Positions 28,591 through 42,519 of a DNA stretch of 64,000 nucleotides are shown here, one piece after another. Position 1 is the stretch's first letter. Every line of letters begins with the position of its first letter. Source of the stretch: Octopus sinensis. Its lineage: Eukaryota. Location: the NCBI RefSeq assembly GCF_006345805.1, contig NC_043012.1:1426001-1490000 (forward strand), given 5' to 3'. The translations under genes and the position numbers were made by a program. Under the pieces are notes generated by a model, which did no database searches, was not told the origin of the DNA, and was given only the letters and a program-made list of their open reading frames with translations.

Positions 28591-28866
28591 GACGTTATGC
28601 CTCCACTCATTTTCCCATACGGCCCGAGACTCAACACGGAGGCCCATATTAAGTTTCTGGAGAAGGTAGTGCTGCCCTGGGTCAAGAGGGTGGCTGATGG
28701 ATGACCCTATATCTGGTGACAGGACTCTGCATGATGCCACACAAGCAGGAGAACCCAGTCATGGCTGTCAGAGAATTTCAGCGAACACATCACCACTAAC
28801 ATCTGGCCACCTAACTCCCTAGACTGCAATCCGCTTGATTATTATGTGTGGGGTGAAGTTGAGTGT
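28591..28866 (+). pseudogene. Tc1/mariner DD37D-type transposase catalytic fragment
   Basis: DVMPPLIFPYGPRLNTEA..PYIW*QDSA*CHTSRRTQSWLSENFSEHITTNIWPPNSLDCNPLDYYVWGEVE. 37 residues lie between the last two Asp. Three stops. Confidence 0.9.
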
Positions 28867-29166
28867 GAGAGAGAGAGAGAGAGAGAGAGAGAACAAGGGA
28901 GAGAGAGAAAGAGAGAGAACAAGGGAGAGAATGCAAGAGAGCGAGAGGGAGAGAGAGATGGATCGATCGATAATATACATACGTATATGCATTCGTTTGT
29001 CAATCGCTATATCTACTATGTATCTATCATCTATTATATATATATATATGTATGTATATATATAATATATATATATATATATAATATATAATATATAATA
29101 TATGTTATATATATTTATATATATATACATATACTATAAATATATATATGTTATATATAGATATAT

Positions 29167-29213
<47 letters not shown>

Positions 29214-29215
29214 TA

Positions 29216-29445
29216 TAGTGTTGGCGAGAGAAGTCTCCTGATAGTAAATCTATTAACTCCAAGGTTTATTTATGTTTGGCAACTGAATGAATTTAATAAA
29301 AACATCTATATATGAAATATCATGAAATTTGTTTAAACTGAAGTCCTTCAGCAACACAATTTTCCATTTGAGTCAATACAGAATTATAGACAATATTTAT
29401 GGAATTTTGATTTACTGTCGGCTTACTATTGGCCAACACTCTATA
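29216..29445. mobile_element. Possible small TA-flanked MITE
   Basis: AGTGTTGGC at the left and GCCAACACT at the right, inside (TA)n. Confidence 0.35.
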
Positions 29446-29482
29446 TGTATATAGACACATGTACAAATTAATGAATCTACAT

Positions 29483-29610
<128 letters not shown>

Positions 29611-29940
29611 GTATTTGCACTTCTAATAGCGCTTCATGTTCATTCGTTGTGAAATTTTATTCTCCGAATCTACTTTTCTCTCAATATAAGTATGTTTTCT
29701 TCCGTATTGATTAATAATTCAACTATTTCAACTTTTAATTGAGACAAACATCTCCTTTGTGCATAAGGTTTGAAAATTGAAAACAAAATGCACACTTCAC
29801 TAACGTTATTTAATTAATTCACGAGACAACCACACCCCTAGAGACAAACAATCGCAAGGAAAACATTCCATATACACACATATGCATATATATGCACAAA
29901 TTACATGTATGTATGTCTATATGTATATATGTATGTATAA

Positions 29941-29979
<39 letters not shown>

Positions 29980-29996
29980 TGTATATATATATATAC

Positions 29997-30028
<32 letters not shown>

Positions 30029-30299
30029 ATATATATATACATATATATTATATAATATATATTAGAATATATATCTGCATATGGACATATATACATATAT
30101 GCATACATACATATATATTTGTGCATATATATCATGTATGTTTGTATTTTTGTGTGTATGAGTGTTGGTGTGTTGTTAACTTTGTGCGTGTCTTCTTTAC
30201 ATTCTTGTGTGTGTTAAACTTTCCGAAACACCTCATGACAAATTAGCTCCGTGATAAGAGACAGATTTTTATGATACGTGCTTCACCTTGATTTTTCGG

Positions 30300-30873
30300 A
30301 TTTAATTTATTACATTTACGTTTATTATTGATGTTGTTGCTTGTGTCTACGACTCTTTTATATTATTATTATTATTATCATTATTACGATTTTCGTTGTT
30401 GATTTTGCTGTAGTTATTTTTGTTGTTGTTGCTTGCTGTATTCGATGATGCCAAGAACATATCGAAGTATTTTTTATTTTTTTATTTTATTATTTTTTTA
30501 TGTGTGTGTGTTTTTTTTTTTGGTCATTTGTGTATATGAGGTAGATAGATTCTCTTAGGAATTCCTTAAATACAGTGAAATATATATAATCTAAAATCTA
30601 GGTTTGCAACTGCTGCAGAAATTACAAGAGAAATTTAATAGTCTTTTTTGTTTTAATTTTCTTTTTTTTGTTGTTGTTGTTGTTAATGAGAATAAAATAA
30701 AATGAGGAGATTGATGGTAAGAAAAATTAGGATGTTGTTCAAATTGAAAAATAAATATAACAAGTAAAATAAACATAATGAAGATGACGATAATGATGAT
30801 GATGACTTGACGATGATGGGGGTGATGATGATAATAAATAACAAGAACAACAAGAAGACAATAACAGCAATAC

Positions 30874-30910
<37 letters not shown>

Positions 30911-31066
30911 TAATAATAATAATAATAAAATAATATTAATAATAATATACTAATAATATAATAATATTAATAATAATAATAATAATTAATAATAATAAGA
31001 TGATGATGATGATGCTTGATATAATAATAATAACAATAATAATAATAATAGTAATAGTAATACTAG

Positions 31067-31097
<31 letters not shown>

Positions 31098-31151
31098 AGT
31101 AATAATAATAATAATAATAATATAATAATAATAATATTAATAATAAAATAC

Positions 31152-31185
<34 letters not shown>

Positions 31186-31248
31186 GATGAGATGATGATG
31201 ATAATAATAATCATAACAATAATAATAATAATAGTAATAGTAATACTA

Positions 31249-31290
<42 letters not shown>

Positions 31291-31291
31291 G

Positions 31292-31348
<57 letters not shown>

Positions 31349-33196
31349 TACAATTATTATTAGTAGATGCATTTAATATTAATACTACCGCTACGTCTAT
31401 TGCTACTACTACTACTATTAATAATAAAACTAATGATGATGATGATGATGATAATGCTGATGATGATGCTAAGGAGGAAGAGGAGGATGTTGAGGATGAG
31501 AAGGAGGAGGTGAAGGATGAGATGAGGAAGAGGAGGAAGGGGACGATGAGGGGGAATGAGATTAAAAACGTTGTTCAAGGTAATAATGACGAATAGAACG
31601 AGGTCGATCACAACTACGAGGATGATGATGATGATGTAGATATGCATGACAATGAAGATGACGTGGAAAATGACGATCATAACTATGATGATGATGATGA
31701 TCATCATCATCATGATGATGATGATGATGATGGTGAGGATGAAAATGAAGCTGATAATATCAACAGTGACGATGACATTATAAAGATGCTGATCAATTTG
31801 CTGATGTTGATGACGAAGATGATAACGACAACGACGAAGACAATGATGATGATGATAATGATGATGATGACAATGATGATGATGAGGATAATGATGATGA
31901 TGATGAGGAGGAGGAGGATTATGATGATATGATGATGATGAGGATGCCGATGATGATGATCACGATGAGGATGAGGATAATGATGATGAGGATGATGAGG
32001 AGAATTATGATGAGATGATGATGATGATGACAACGAGGATGATGATGATGATGATGATGATGATGTTGATGATGATTGGTGATGTTGAGGATGATGATGG
32101 TGATGAGGAGGAGGTTTATGATGATAATGATGATGAAGTTAATAACATTAACTGTAATGATGACATTATAATGATGCTGATGAACTTGCTGACGTTCATG
32201 ATGATGACGACGACGACGACGAAGATAATGACATTGATGATGATGACGATGATATTCGATGATGACGACGACAAACAATGATGACGATGATGGCGATGGC
32301 GATGACAGCAACGGTGGCAAAAGAACAACACGTAGACAGTTCGACACTAGAGATGGATATTTTTTAGTAGTTCTTTTTTAATTATATGCTGTTCTTTTTT
32401 TTTCTTATTAAACTTGAGAGATATTGTAAAGTATCTTAATCATTAAAATTGGCAGAAATTCTTCAACGAGAGTGTAAGGTTTCGACGAAAAATAAAATTA
32501 TAACGAATGTTCACTTGTATCATTTATTTATTTTTAATTATTTATTTATTTATTAATTTATTTTATTATCTATTTATTTGGAGTTTTATATTATTTTGAA
32601 GATCATTTTTGTCTGTTTTTAGTGTCTCACTTCACGCTTAATATTGTTCTCCTAATGATATCACAATGAAGTAAACTAATAATGTAAGGATGTAGCGGTG
32701 ATGAGGAGGAGGACGATAATGGAGGTGGTGATGATGGTGATGATGATGATGATGATGATGATGGTGATGAGGACGATGGTGGTGGTGATGGTGGTGATGA
32801 TGATGGTGGTGATGTGATGATGATGATGATGATGATGGAGATGATGATGATGGTGTTGATGATGGTGTTGATGATGGTGGTGGTGATGATGTGGATGATG
32901 ATAATGATGGTGATAATGATGATGATAATGATGATGATAATGATGATGAGGATGAGGATGATGATGAGGAGGATGCGGATGATGATTAAGGTGGTGATAA
33001 AGGTGGCGGTGGTGGTGATGATGATGGTGATGATGATGATAATGATGATGATGATAATAATGATGATGATGATAGTGGTGGTGATGATGTTGGTGGTGAT
33101 AATGATGATGATGATGATAATGATTATGATGATGATGATGAGGATGTGGATTATGGTGATGATGATGAGGAAAATGATGATAATGACGACGATGAT

Positions 33197-33228
<32 letters not shown>

Positions 33229-33316
33229 CGATGATGGTGTGGTGCTTGCTGATGATGACGAGCACGGTGGTGATAATGATGATGATAATGATAGTGATGA
33301 TGGTGATGATGGTGAC

Positions 33317-33364
<48 letters not shown>

Positions 33365-33735
33365 GCCAAAGATGACGACTATCTTGATGAGGTGGTAATG
33401 ATGACTGTTGATAATTTAGGTTTGAGTTGGTGTATAATTATTCTTTATAATGATATTGTGTTTTGGTTGATTGTAATTTTTTTTTAAAAACACTTGTTTT
33501 ATTTTGTTTTGTTTATAATGTTTATTTTAATCAGGTGATTGTTTTAACCGAATTTGATGTACGTCTTATATGGTTAGCACTGTGGTAAGCGATAATAATT
33601 ATAATGATAATGACGATGACAGAGTTGTTGCTGATGACGGTTGTGATGACGACGATGACGATTATGATGATGTGGGTGATGATGATGATGATGATAAAAT
33701 AACAAGAACAACAAGTCAATAAAAGCAATACAATG

Positions 33736-33821
<86 letters not shown>

Positions 33822-33954
33822 ATTTATTATAATAATAATAATCGAATAATAACAATAATTACTACTACTATTACTATTACTTGTACTACTATTACTGCTA
33901 CTACTATTACTACTACTACTACTACTACTAATAATAATGATGATGATGATGATG

Positions 33955-34004
<50 letters not shown>

Positions 34005-34310
34005 TTAGGAGTGAGGGTTGGGGTGCTGATGGTGGTGGCGATGCCGTTGATGCTAATGACGGAGTTCATGGTGTTGGAGATTGCAACAACGACGATGACT
34101 ACGACAATGATGCTGATGATAATGATGACGATGATGATGATGACAAAAACGACGACGACGGCGGCGGCAGCGGCGATGGAGATAATGCTAAAGATGATGA
34201 TGATGATGATGCTTATGAAAAGGTTGAAGATGAAGATGATGGTGATGGTGACGATGATAGTGATGGTGATGATGATGATGATGATGATGATGATGTCATT
34301 TCGCTGTTAA
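30300..34310. repeat. Large degenerate AAT/GAT/GGT low-complexity block with internal diverged duplications
   Basis: Seen directly; see findings. Confidence 0.9.
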
Positions 34311-34992
34311 ACAAAATGATTTGAGGATGGTGCACTAACGATGTTGCTTTTTAATGGTTATTGCAAATTGTTTTCATGTGGTGACTATTTTAATTCTACT
34401 TTTTTTTTATTATTATTAAATTTTATTATTTTCTTTCAAACTCGAGGTTTCGGGGACATTAATTCTTTGGGCTGGTAATGAATAATAAACAGAGAGGAAA
34501 CCTCTAGACAGTCATTCGATTTACTAGACGGGAACCAAAACTAAATAAATAAATAAATAAATAAATGCATAAAGAGATAAATACTATAAATAAAATAAAC
34601 ATTCTACATCATACTTGAATATTGTTACAGAAAATTTCCCATGATATACAAAAATATCTGTTGGCTTACAGCTAGACAAAATTAGGTCATAGGTCGAACC
34701 CAATCAGTTTTGATCTAAGGTTACACAGCAACAGATGCTGTATTAACTCCAAGATTGCTGGTAAAACTACTACATCTACATCTATTTCTACTGCTACTAT
34801 TATTACTTGCTCTCCACATTTAAACATTCCAGGTTTAAGCATTTCTGCTTCATGGTCTGAAATGTAAGGTTTTTTTTTTCCATTCCCATGACGGATGCTC
34901 GTATTATCCAGTATTTATTCGCTTCCATTACTGACTACATATTTTGGTGAGCTACATCTACAAAACATAATGATGGAAGTCTGTACTTCCAG

Positions 34993-35059
34993 AAACAGCT
35001 GTTGAACTTATGGCATCTAACTTCCTCGTCTTCAATTCTCTCTGGCGTTCGTACTCCGT
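34993..35059 (+). CDS. Candidate exon (xTAVELMASNFLVFNSLWRSYSV, or KQLLNLWHLTSSSSILSGVRTP)
   Basis: Acceptor CTGTACTTCCAG and donor CGT|GTAAGT. No homology recognised. Confidence 0.3.
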
Positions 35060-35459
35060 GTAAGTTTGATCTACATTTCTTCTTAAATATATTCAGCGTC
35101 TGAAAATCTTTAGTCTTTCCTTTCTTTGTGTTTTCATGTATGTATGTATGTATGTATGTATGTATGTATGTATGTATGTATGTATGTATATATGTATGTA
35201 TGTATGTATGTATTATGTATGTATGTATTATGTATGTATGCATGTATCTATGTATATATATATGCAATTTTCAAGATGGTGTAATTTAGTTGTTTATTTT
35301 GAATCGATAAAAGGTGTTTTTTTTCTAATATTTCATGTATAAGCATGTATATATATATATATAGTGGTATAAATATCAACACAATTTTTTTCCCCTTCCT
35401 CCCTTATTCTTCTTTTTCTTTTTTTCTCTCTTCCCTTCTCCAAACACACAGACACCCAC

Positions 35460-35527
<68 letters not shown>

Positions 35528-35816
35528 ACGGACACACATACAGACACACACACACACCTCCACAAAACGATCATAAAAAGTGGAAAGAATTCTTAAACCC
35601 AACAAAAGCATTTGACCATTCTCACAATGATTAAAGGAAATATAATTTATGGCCTGCCTCCCCGCCACCACACACTCAGTGACACTGTAAAGTGGTCGAA
35701 GCTGAAATTCTTTTTTTTTCCTAAGGCCTTAGAACCTCCTTGGAGTCAATATTCTGTCCAGCAGACCCAAAAAATTATTTTCTTCTTCTTCCCTCTCCCT
35801 TCCCGTCTTTCTCTTT

Positions 35817-35862
<46 letters not shown>

Positions 35863-35984
35863 TGCTCTCTCTCTCTCTCTCTCACTTTCTCCTCATCCAT
35901 CATCCTCTTGTACTGTCTTATATTCCTCCCCACCTCTACGAAACTCTATAAAATGATCAAAATTCCTCACACAGGAACTCAGTT

Positions 35985-36165
35985 TGATTTATATAGTTGA
36001 AATTTATAGAACAACAAAGACGAAGACAGGTGTAGGAACAACAAGCAAGTGTATTAGTTTGACGATCAGGAAAAAAAGAAATGTCTTTTGTTTCGAGCCT
36101 ACGCTCTTCGTCAGAAAGAAATAAGAGGAAATACATAGAGAGAGAATGAAAAGAAACACGTGTTG
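35985..36165 (-). mobile_element. Short non-coding hammerhead-bearing repeat (family H1)
   Basis: Minus strand CUUU-CUGACGA-A-GAGC GUAG GCUC-GAAAC-AAAAGAC at 36082-36118, with the GUA triplet deleted. Homologous to 49017-49222 and 55746-55905. Confidence 0.7.
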
Positions 36166-36482
36166 AGTTCAGTGGTCCAACATTGTCTGCATGATGATCT
36201 GATCTGAAATGTAAATTTGTTGCCATCTTCATGACTGACGCTTAATTTATCCAGTGTTTATATTTATATATTATATCAAAGCCAAGCTGTTATATTTAAT
36301 TTGTTTATCCGCATAATTGCCTTCATATTTGGCCAACTGGGTTCTTCTTACAACCATACTGTAACCCCGCGGAATTGGTCCCTTTTAAAGACATCGCAGT
36401 TCGAATTCAAATCATTTGAAAGCTTGTGTTTTCTATACCGAGAATCTCTGAATCTCATCCGTTTACAATATATATGTATATA

Positions 36483-36885
36483 TAGGCGCAGGAGTGGCTG
36501 TGTGGTAAGTAGCTTGCTAACCAATCACATGGTTCCGGGTTCAGTCCCACTGCGTGGCATCTTGGGCAAGTGTCTTCTGCTATAGCCCCGGGCCGACCAA
36601 TGCCTTGTGAGTGGATTTGGTAGACGGAAACTGAAAGAAGCTTGTCGTATATATGTATATATATATATATATGTGTGTGTGTTTGTGTGTCTGTTTGTCC
36701 CCCTAGCATTGCTTGACAACCGATGCTGGTGTGTTTGCGTCCCCGTAACTTAGTGGTTCGGCAAAAGAGACCGTTGGAATAAGTACTGGGCTTACAAAGA
36801 ATAAGTCCCGGGGTCGATTTGCTCGACTAAAGGCGGTGCTCCAGCATGGCCGCAGTCAAATGACTGAAACAAGTAAAAGAGAGTA
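36483..36885 (+). mobile_element. SINE family B, full length
   Basis: tRNA-like head GGCGCAGGAGTGGCTGTGTGGTAAG..GGGTTCAGTCCC, central microsatellite, tail ..GGCCGCAGTCAAATGACTGAAACAAGTAAAAGAG. Confidence 0.9.
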
Positions 36886-37691
36886 TATATTCAAATGTCT
36901 GCCGTTCCTACAGTTTTGCAGTTCAGCGTATCACCAATGCATAGAGATCATCAATACACATTATAAAATATACACAATCATAAATCATTTTGGTCTTGAT
37001 CCTGGATATAAAAGTAAGTCGCATATTTGAATTTACAAGCATTTCGACAGGATTTTCTCTCATGGAAGGACTGCTTTAAACATCGAATGAACAATGGTAA
37101 GTTTCATTATAGCTAAGCATCTTATACCAAAGTTGGTTAAGACAAACCGTGTAGACATGCATTAGTGTTAAGACACGCCAAGCCTGAAAATCAATTACCT
37201 GTAGATAACTACCGGCTAATTATATTCCTGCAACGTTTAACGGTCGTTGCAATGGATTATGAAATTATGTTCACATATGTGGACAAAACGTTAATCCTGT
37301 TGTGATAATAATTTATGACTTACTGAAACTCTGATAAGATTTATAATCCGTACACACACACATGCCTCTCTCGCTCTCTCTCTCTCTTTCTCTCCCTTCT
37401 GTCTCTTTCGTTTTCCTCTTTCGTGCTCTCTATTTTCTTCTCACGATCTGTTCCCCATCTCTTTATCTTTGCATGTCTTTATATGCGAGGGAACCGGTGT
37501 GTCCTGATGTAAGTGTATTTAGTGTTTAGAGGTTGTTTCTGTCGACCAAGCAATTATGATGGGAGCAACAGAAACATGGGAGTAGAGCTAAAGGTGTCAA
37601 TGGTGATGATCTAATGGCGTCAAAAAGGATTAGGTTGAAAACTAGGGATGTGTGTTTATAAGATATACGCACATACATGCATACATGCATG

Positions 37692-37734
<43 letters not shown>

Positions 37735-37741
37735 TATATTA

Positions 37742-37972
37742 AATTAGAGATAAAACCACTATTAGGCAAATCAAACAATGAAAAACTTAAGCCAATACAT
37801 AAAATTAATTAATTTATATTATTTTAAATATATATCAAAAGTATTAAAAGTTTAATAAAAGATAATGAGTAAAACACTACGATCGTTTCATGGCTGTCCA
37901 ATTCGTAATAATTCGAGTTATGGTTACAGTCAATCTTCAGGTAATTGAAATATTTATCTTAGCGAGGTTTAG

Positions 37973-37975
<3 letters not shown>
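37742..37975 (-). mobile_element. Hammerhead-bearing non-coding repeat (family H2)
   Basis: Minus strand CUGAAGA-UUGACUGU..ACAGCCAU-GAAACGAUCGUA-GUGUUUU at 37871-37945. Its terminus TGGTTTTATCTCTAAT resembles about 51553. Confidence 0.65.
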
Positions 37976-38016
<41 letters not shown>

Positions 38017-38049
38017 CATATACATATATATACTTTCTACTCTTTATAC

Positions 38050-38493
38050 TTTTACAATTTTACTTGTTTGAATCATTTGATTGTGGCTATGCAGAAGCAC
38101 CGTCTTTAGTCGGGCAAATCGACCCCGGGACTTAATCTTTGTAAGCCTAGTACTTATTCTATTGGTCTGTTTTGCCGAACCGCTAAGTTACGGGGACGTA
38201 AACACTCCAGCATCGGTTGTCAAGTGATGTTCGTGGGGGGGGACACAGATAGATATACACGTACATATATATATATATATTTTTAAATCTGGTTTCAGCT
38301 CACATGCTGTGGTCAGGTCGTATATATGTACATATATACGACAGGCTTCTTTAAGTTTCCATCTACCAAATCCACTCACGTTAGCCCGATGGTATAGTAG
38401 AAGACACTTACCCAAGGTGCCATGCAGTGGGACTGAACCCGGAAACATGTGGTTGGTAAGCAAGCTAGTTACCACGCAGCCACTCCTACGCCT
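38050..38493 (-). mobile_element. SINE family B, full length
   Basis: Reverse complement of 36483-36885. Confidence 0.9.
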
Positions 38494-39399
38494 ATATATA
38501 TATATAAATTATATTTACATAGAATGCTATCATCTACAAACATACACCACATGCATGCACGCAAACGCATACACTCACACACACAAACAAGTACACACAT
38601 ACGCACACATTGCCTTTTAGTAGTTGAAATATATCACAAATATATTTTAACTAACTTATTCTTTGCCTATGCCCAAACACTGCTTGGCGTTAATACTTCG
38701 GTAATGTCCACGATCTGGCAATCTACCAACACAGATCCGTCTACACTGTCGACTGTATTCTAAGTCAAAAGAAATGGGAAATAAACATTGTTTTAAAGGC
38801 TCACTGTTGGAAGGGCTCGTTCTAGGTTAAACAAGATGATGTATGGTATATCATTCCTTCTGAGCTCTTGATGTGCAGCTAAAGTAAAATGGATTCTTGC
38901 TGTTGATTGCGTAAATAATTAAAAGTCTAATCTGAAAGAGTGGCGAACAAATTAGGAAATGATTCATCACTAAACCTTGACCCTTTTCCCGGCACACCAT
39001 TGCTATAAAAGGAATTCATTTACGTTGTTAAATTTGACTATCCCACTGAGTTTCTTTATAGTAATATAGCATATTTCAATTCTTCTGGTTTATGGTACGT
39101 TGCTCATTAATCAATATTGTTTATTCAATGGTGAGACGTCAAATGCACAAATATAGATATCAGAATATCCGCTGTTGTGCTAGCAGGATTCGCCTAAGAG
39201 TGTCCGAGGGAACCTCTAGGGGTCAGCGAGGAATTACAGGGAGTTGATGATAGCAAAGTGATCGAATGAGGGTCGGCGTGCGAAAGACCAGCTCACCCAG
39301 ATGAAGTGCTTAAAACGCTCAGTCAGCGCCATGTTCAATCCTCATATTGATGTCAATTTCAGTAAAAAATATTCCAACAATATGATGTGTACGTTATTT

Positions 39400-39752
39400 A
39401 CGCTATTTACATTGGACTGATATTTGCCCTCATCTTGTTTGTTGTTAACACAACGTTTCGGCTGATATACCTTCCAGCCTACATCAGGTGTCTTGAGGAA
39501 ATTTCGAATCTGGGTTCGAAATTTAAATACCTAAGGTATTACTCAACGTTGCTGTTACTGCCTGGAATCGAACTCGGAATCGTGGGGTTTCTAGCCCGCG
39601 CTCTTAATCAATACGTCATATGCCCGCGCTCTTAACCACTACGCCATAACGTTGTGTTAACAACAAACAAGTTGAGGACAAATATCCGTCATATGTAAAT
39701 AATGTAAATAATGTAAATAACATACGTAATTCCTCATCTCTTAAATATAGAA
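39400..39752 (-). mobile_element. tRNA-headed SINE carrying a hammerhead motif, plus an inverted tail copy (family H3)
   Basis: Minus strand: A-box TGGCGTAGTGG, B-box GAGTTCGATTCC, then GACAC-CUGAUGU-A-GGCUG..CAGCC-GAAAC-GUU-GUGUU (39447-39492). A plus-strand tail copy lies at 39648-39752. Confidence 0.75.
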
Positions 39753-40178
39753 CAATATATTGCGTGTTTCACATTTTCTAATCGTGAAAACAAATTCATA
39801 AAAACTGAAAGTTTAATATTGTATAATCATACACGTAGTTTTAAATGTAAAAAAATGCGTCACCTTCAATGGAATTTCTTAATTTGCCGTACATGCGTAT
39901 TTTAGCTAACATTTTAATTGGCAGCATGAGTACCTGGTACACATTTAAGATACGGCACGGCAGATACTTTAAACGAGGAGGGTGGTCGATGCGGAAGGAG
40001 ACGTGGCTGATGGGGGTCGAGGCGGAAGGAGCAATGGCTAAAGGGGGTTGATGGTCTAAAAAGAGGTCTGGTGACCCCTGTGCTACACTGATTCGTTCCG
40101 GATTCGAAAGGAGCAGATCTAAACTATTCTTTGAAGAAAGAAGACAATTATGCCTTCGCAGAGGAGCAGAGAACTAAC

Positions 40179-40243
40179 CGTCAAATAGTCCAACAGCAGA
40201 TACTCTCCCATTTTTCCTTCATATTTCCAGACCGCGAATAATC
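40179..40243 (-). CDS. Candidate internal exon (xLFAVWKYEGKMGEYLLLDYLT)
   Basis: Acceptor GATCTATTTCAG and donor ACG|GTTAGT. One open frame. No homology recognised. Confidence 0.3.
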
Positions 40244-40345
40244 CTGAAATAGATCGATATAGCAACAAAATCCAGCATTTAACAAAAACAGAAACCGAGG
40301 TTGTAATGAGAGATCTTTATAATCTTTATACAGTTACTGTGATTA

Positions 40346-40412
<67 letters not shown>

Positions 40413-40458
40413 GGTGGTGGTGGTGGTGGTGGTGGTAGTAGTAGTGGTGTTGGTTGTG

Positions 40459-40494
<36 letters not shown>

Positions 40495-40498
40495 GAGG

Positions 40499-40552
<54 letters not shown>

Positions 40553-40554
<2 letters not shown>

Positions 40555-41009
40555 CCTTTCTACTATAGGCACAAGGCCTGAAATTCTGTGGGAGGGAGCT
40601 AATCAATTACATTGACCCCAGTCCTAAATTGGTTCTTATTTCATCGACCCCCAAAAGATGTCAGGCAAATTCCACCATAGCGGAATTCGAACTCCGAACG
40701 TATAGAAGGACGAAATACCACTGAGCATTTTGTCCGACGTGCTAACGATTCAACCAATTGGTAGACTTAGTAGTGATAATAAAAACGGTTTCAAATTTTG
40801 ACACGGGGTCGGGATAAGTCGATTACATCGACTCCAGTGTTCAACTAGTATTTATTTTATGGACCCCGGAGGGATGAAGAACAAAGTCGGCCTCAGCTGG
40901 ATATGAACTCAGAACGCAAAATCGGACAAAATGCCACTAATCACTTTCTCCGGCATGCTAAGCATTCTTGCATCTCGCCGCTTTAGTAGTAGTAGTAGTA
41001 ATAATAATA

Positions 41010-41097
<88 letters not shown>

Positions 41098-41322
41098 CTA
41101 ATAATAATAATAATCATATCATACTTTGACACACGGCAAGGAATTTCGCTGGTGGCGGTATTAAGTCGAACACATTAACCCCGATGCTCAACAGTTTCGT
41201 ATTTCATCAAGATGAAAGGAAAAGTTGACCCTTACAGAATTTAACCAGAGCGCGAAGAACGGATGAAATGCCACTGAGCATTTTTGTCCGGTGTCCTCAC
41301 TCTTCTGCCAGATCGCGGCCTT
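40553..41322 (-). mobile_element. Three tandem SINE family A copies (about 40553-40762, 40790-40985, 41125-41322)
   Basis: Repeated reverse-complement cores separated by (AGT)n/(AAT)n. Confidence 0.8.
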
Positions 41323-42004
41323 AATTGTACTAATAACAGAGTGTCGTTATAACGGAGATAGTAACGTTACTGTCACCAATGAACCTGGTAATAATATTGT
41401 CGTAATGTTTATAGTGGATGTATAAATATTTTCTTTCACTGTATTTCTCTTGTGATATCAAATCTTATGATGATATGGGGATTAGCTTTCATTGCATATT
41501 AAGAGAACAAAGAGCTAACGTTGCATATATCTACAGCTTGCTAATGTGTTTATATCAGGCTTGAGTAACTCCATTTTATGTGTATATATATACTTAAGGC
41601 TCTCCTAAAGGGATCTATGGACCTTATGCAAGGAGAGATAACAAATTGCAACATTAAATTAATTCTGTTACGCATCCAAACAATATGCTACACGCTCGTA
41701 TATTCAGAGCAGTAATCTTTGCAGGATTAAATAAAGAAGGAATTTTTACTAAAATACAGGAGAGATAACTGGAAGCGTAAATTGATATAAGAATATATAT
41801 ATATTCTTCCACAGAAGGTCAACAAAAACCAAATGGCAATATATAACTTAAAATTTAACAATTATACACAAGGTGTATAATTGTTAATATAAGGAAATCA
41901 ATGAGCAAACACGCATGCACACATTTGACTCGAATGAACAGAATGAACATATCTATTTGAAATAAACTTTCCAAGTTTTAGTACAAGGTCAACAGTTTGA
42001 GGAG

Positions 42005-42182
42005 CGGTGGTGAATTGATTACATCGACCCTAGTGCTCAACTGACGCTTATTTTATCGAAGTCGAAAGGACGAAAGGCAAAGTCGATCTCGGTAGAATTT
42101 GAACTTAGATCGTATCGTAAAGACAGAGGAAACGCCACTAAGGATTTTCCCTGGCGTGTTATTAACGATTGTGCCAGCTCGT
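42005..42182 (-). mobile_element. SINE family A
   Basis: Core GAAAGGCAAAGTCGATCTCGG..GAATTTGAACTTAG. Confidence 0.8.
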
Positions 42183-42419
42183 ACATACATACACACATAC
42201 ATAAATACAAACATACACACATACATACATATACGTGACTGTGCATAAGCATATATATATATATATATATGAATTAGTTGACATATATATATACATATAC
42301 GTACACATATATATATACATATATGCATATATACGAATTAGTCTGACAGCTTTTCTTTCTACAAAACGGTAAGTTACATTGCGGAATAGTCATTTTAACG
42401 AGTTGTATTTATTTATCAG

Positions 42420-42519
42420 CCGACGAGATACATCTGCGCCACCGGATGCTCCTGAACCAGTTGTTGAGTGTCCCACCCATGAGGGGTCGATGCTAGATGT
42501 GTCGAAATCTTTGTCGTGA
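42420..42519 (+). CDS. Candidate terminal exon (xRRDTSAPPDAPEPVVECPTHEGSMLDVSKSLS*)
   Basis: Acceptor TTGTATTTATTTATCAG, locally GC-rich, stop followed by AATAAA at 42525-42530. Confidence 0.3.

Noticed and set aside
39180-40080. hAT/Charlie-like MITE (right end TGGTGACCCCTG)
   Set aside because: No convincing left TIR or TSD.
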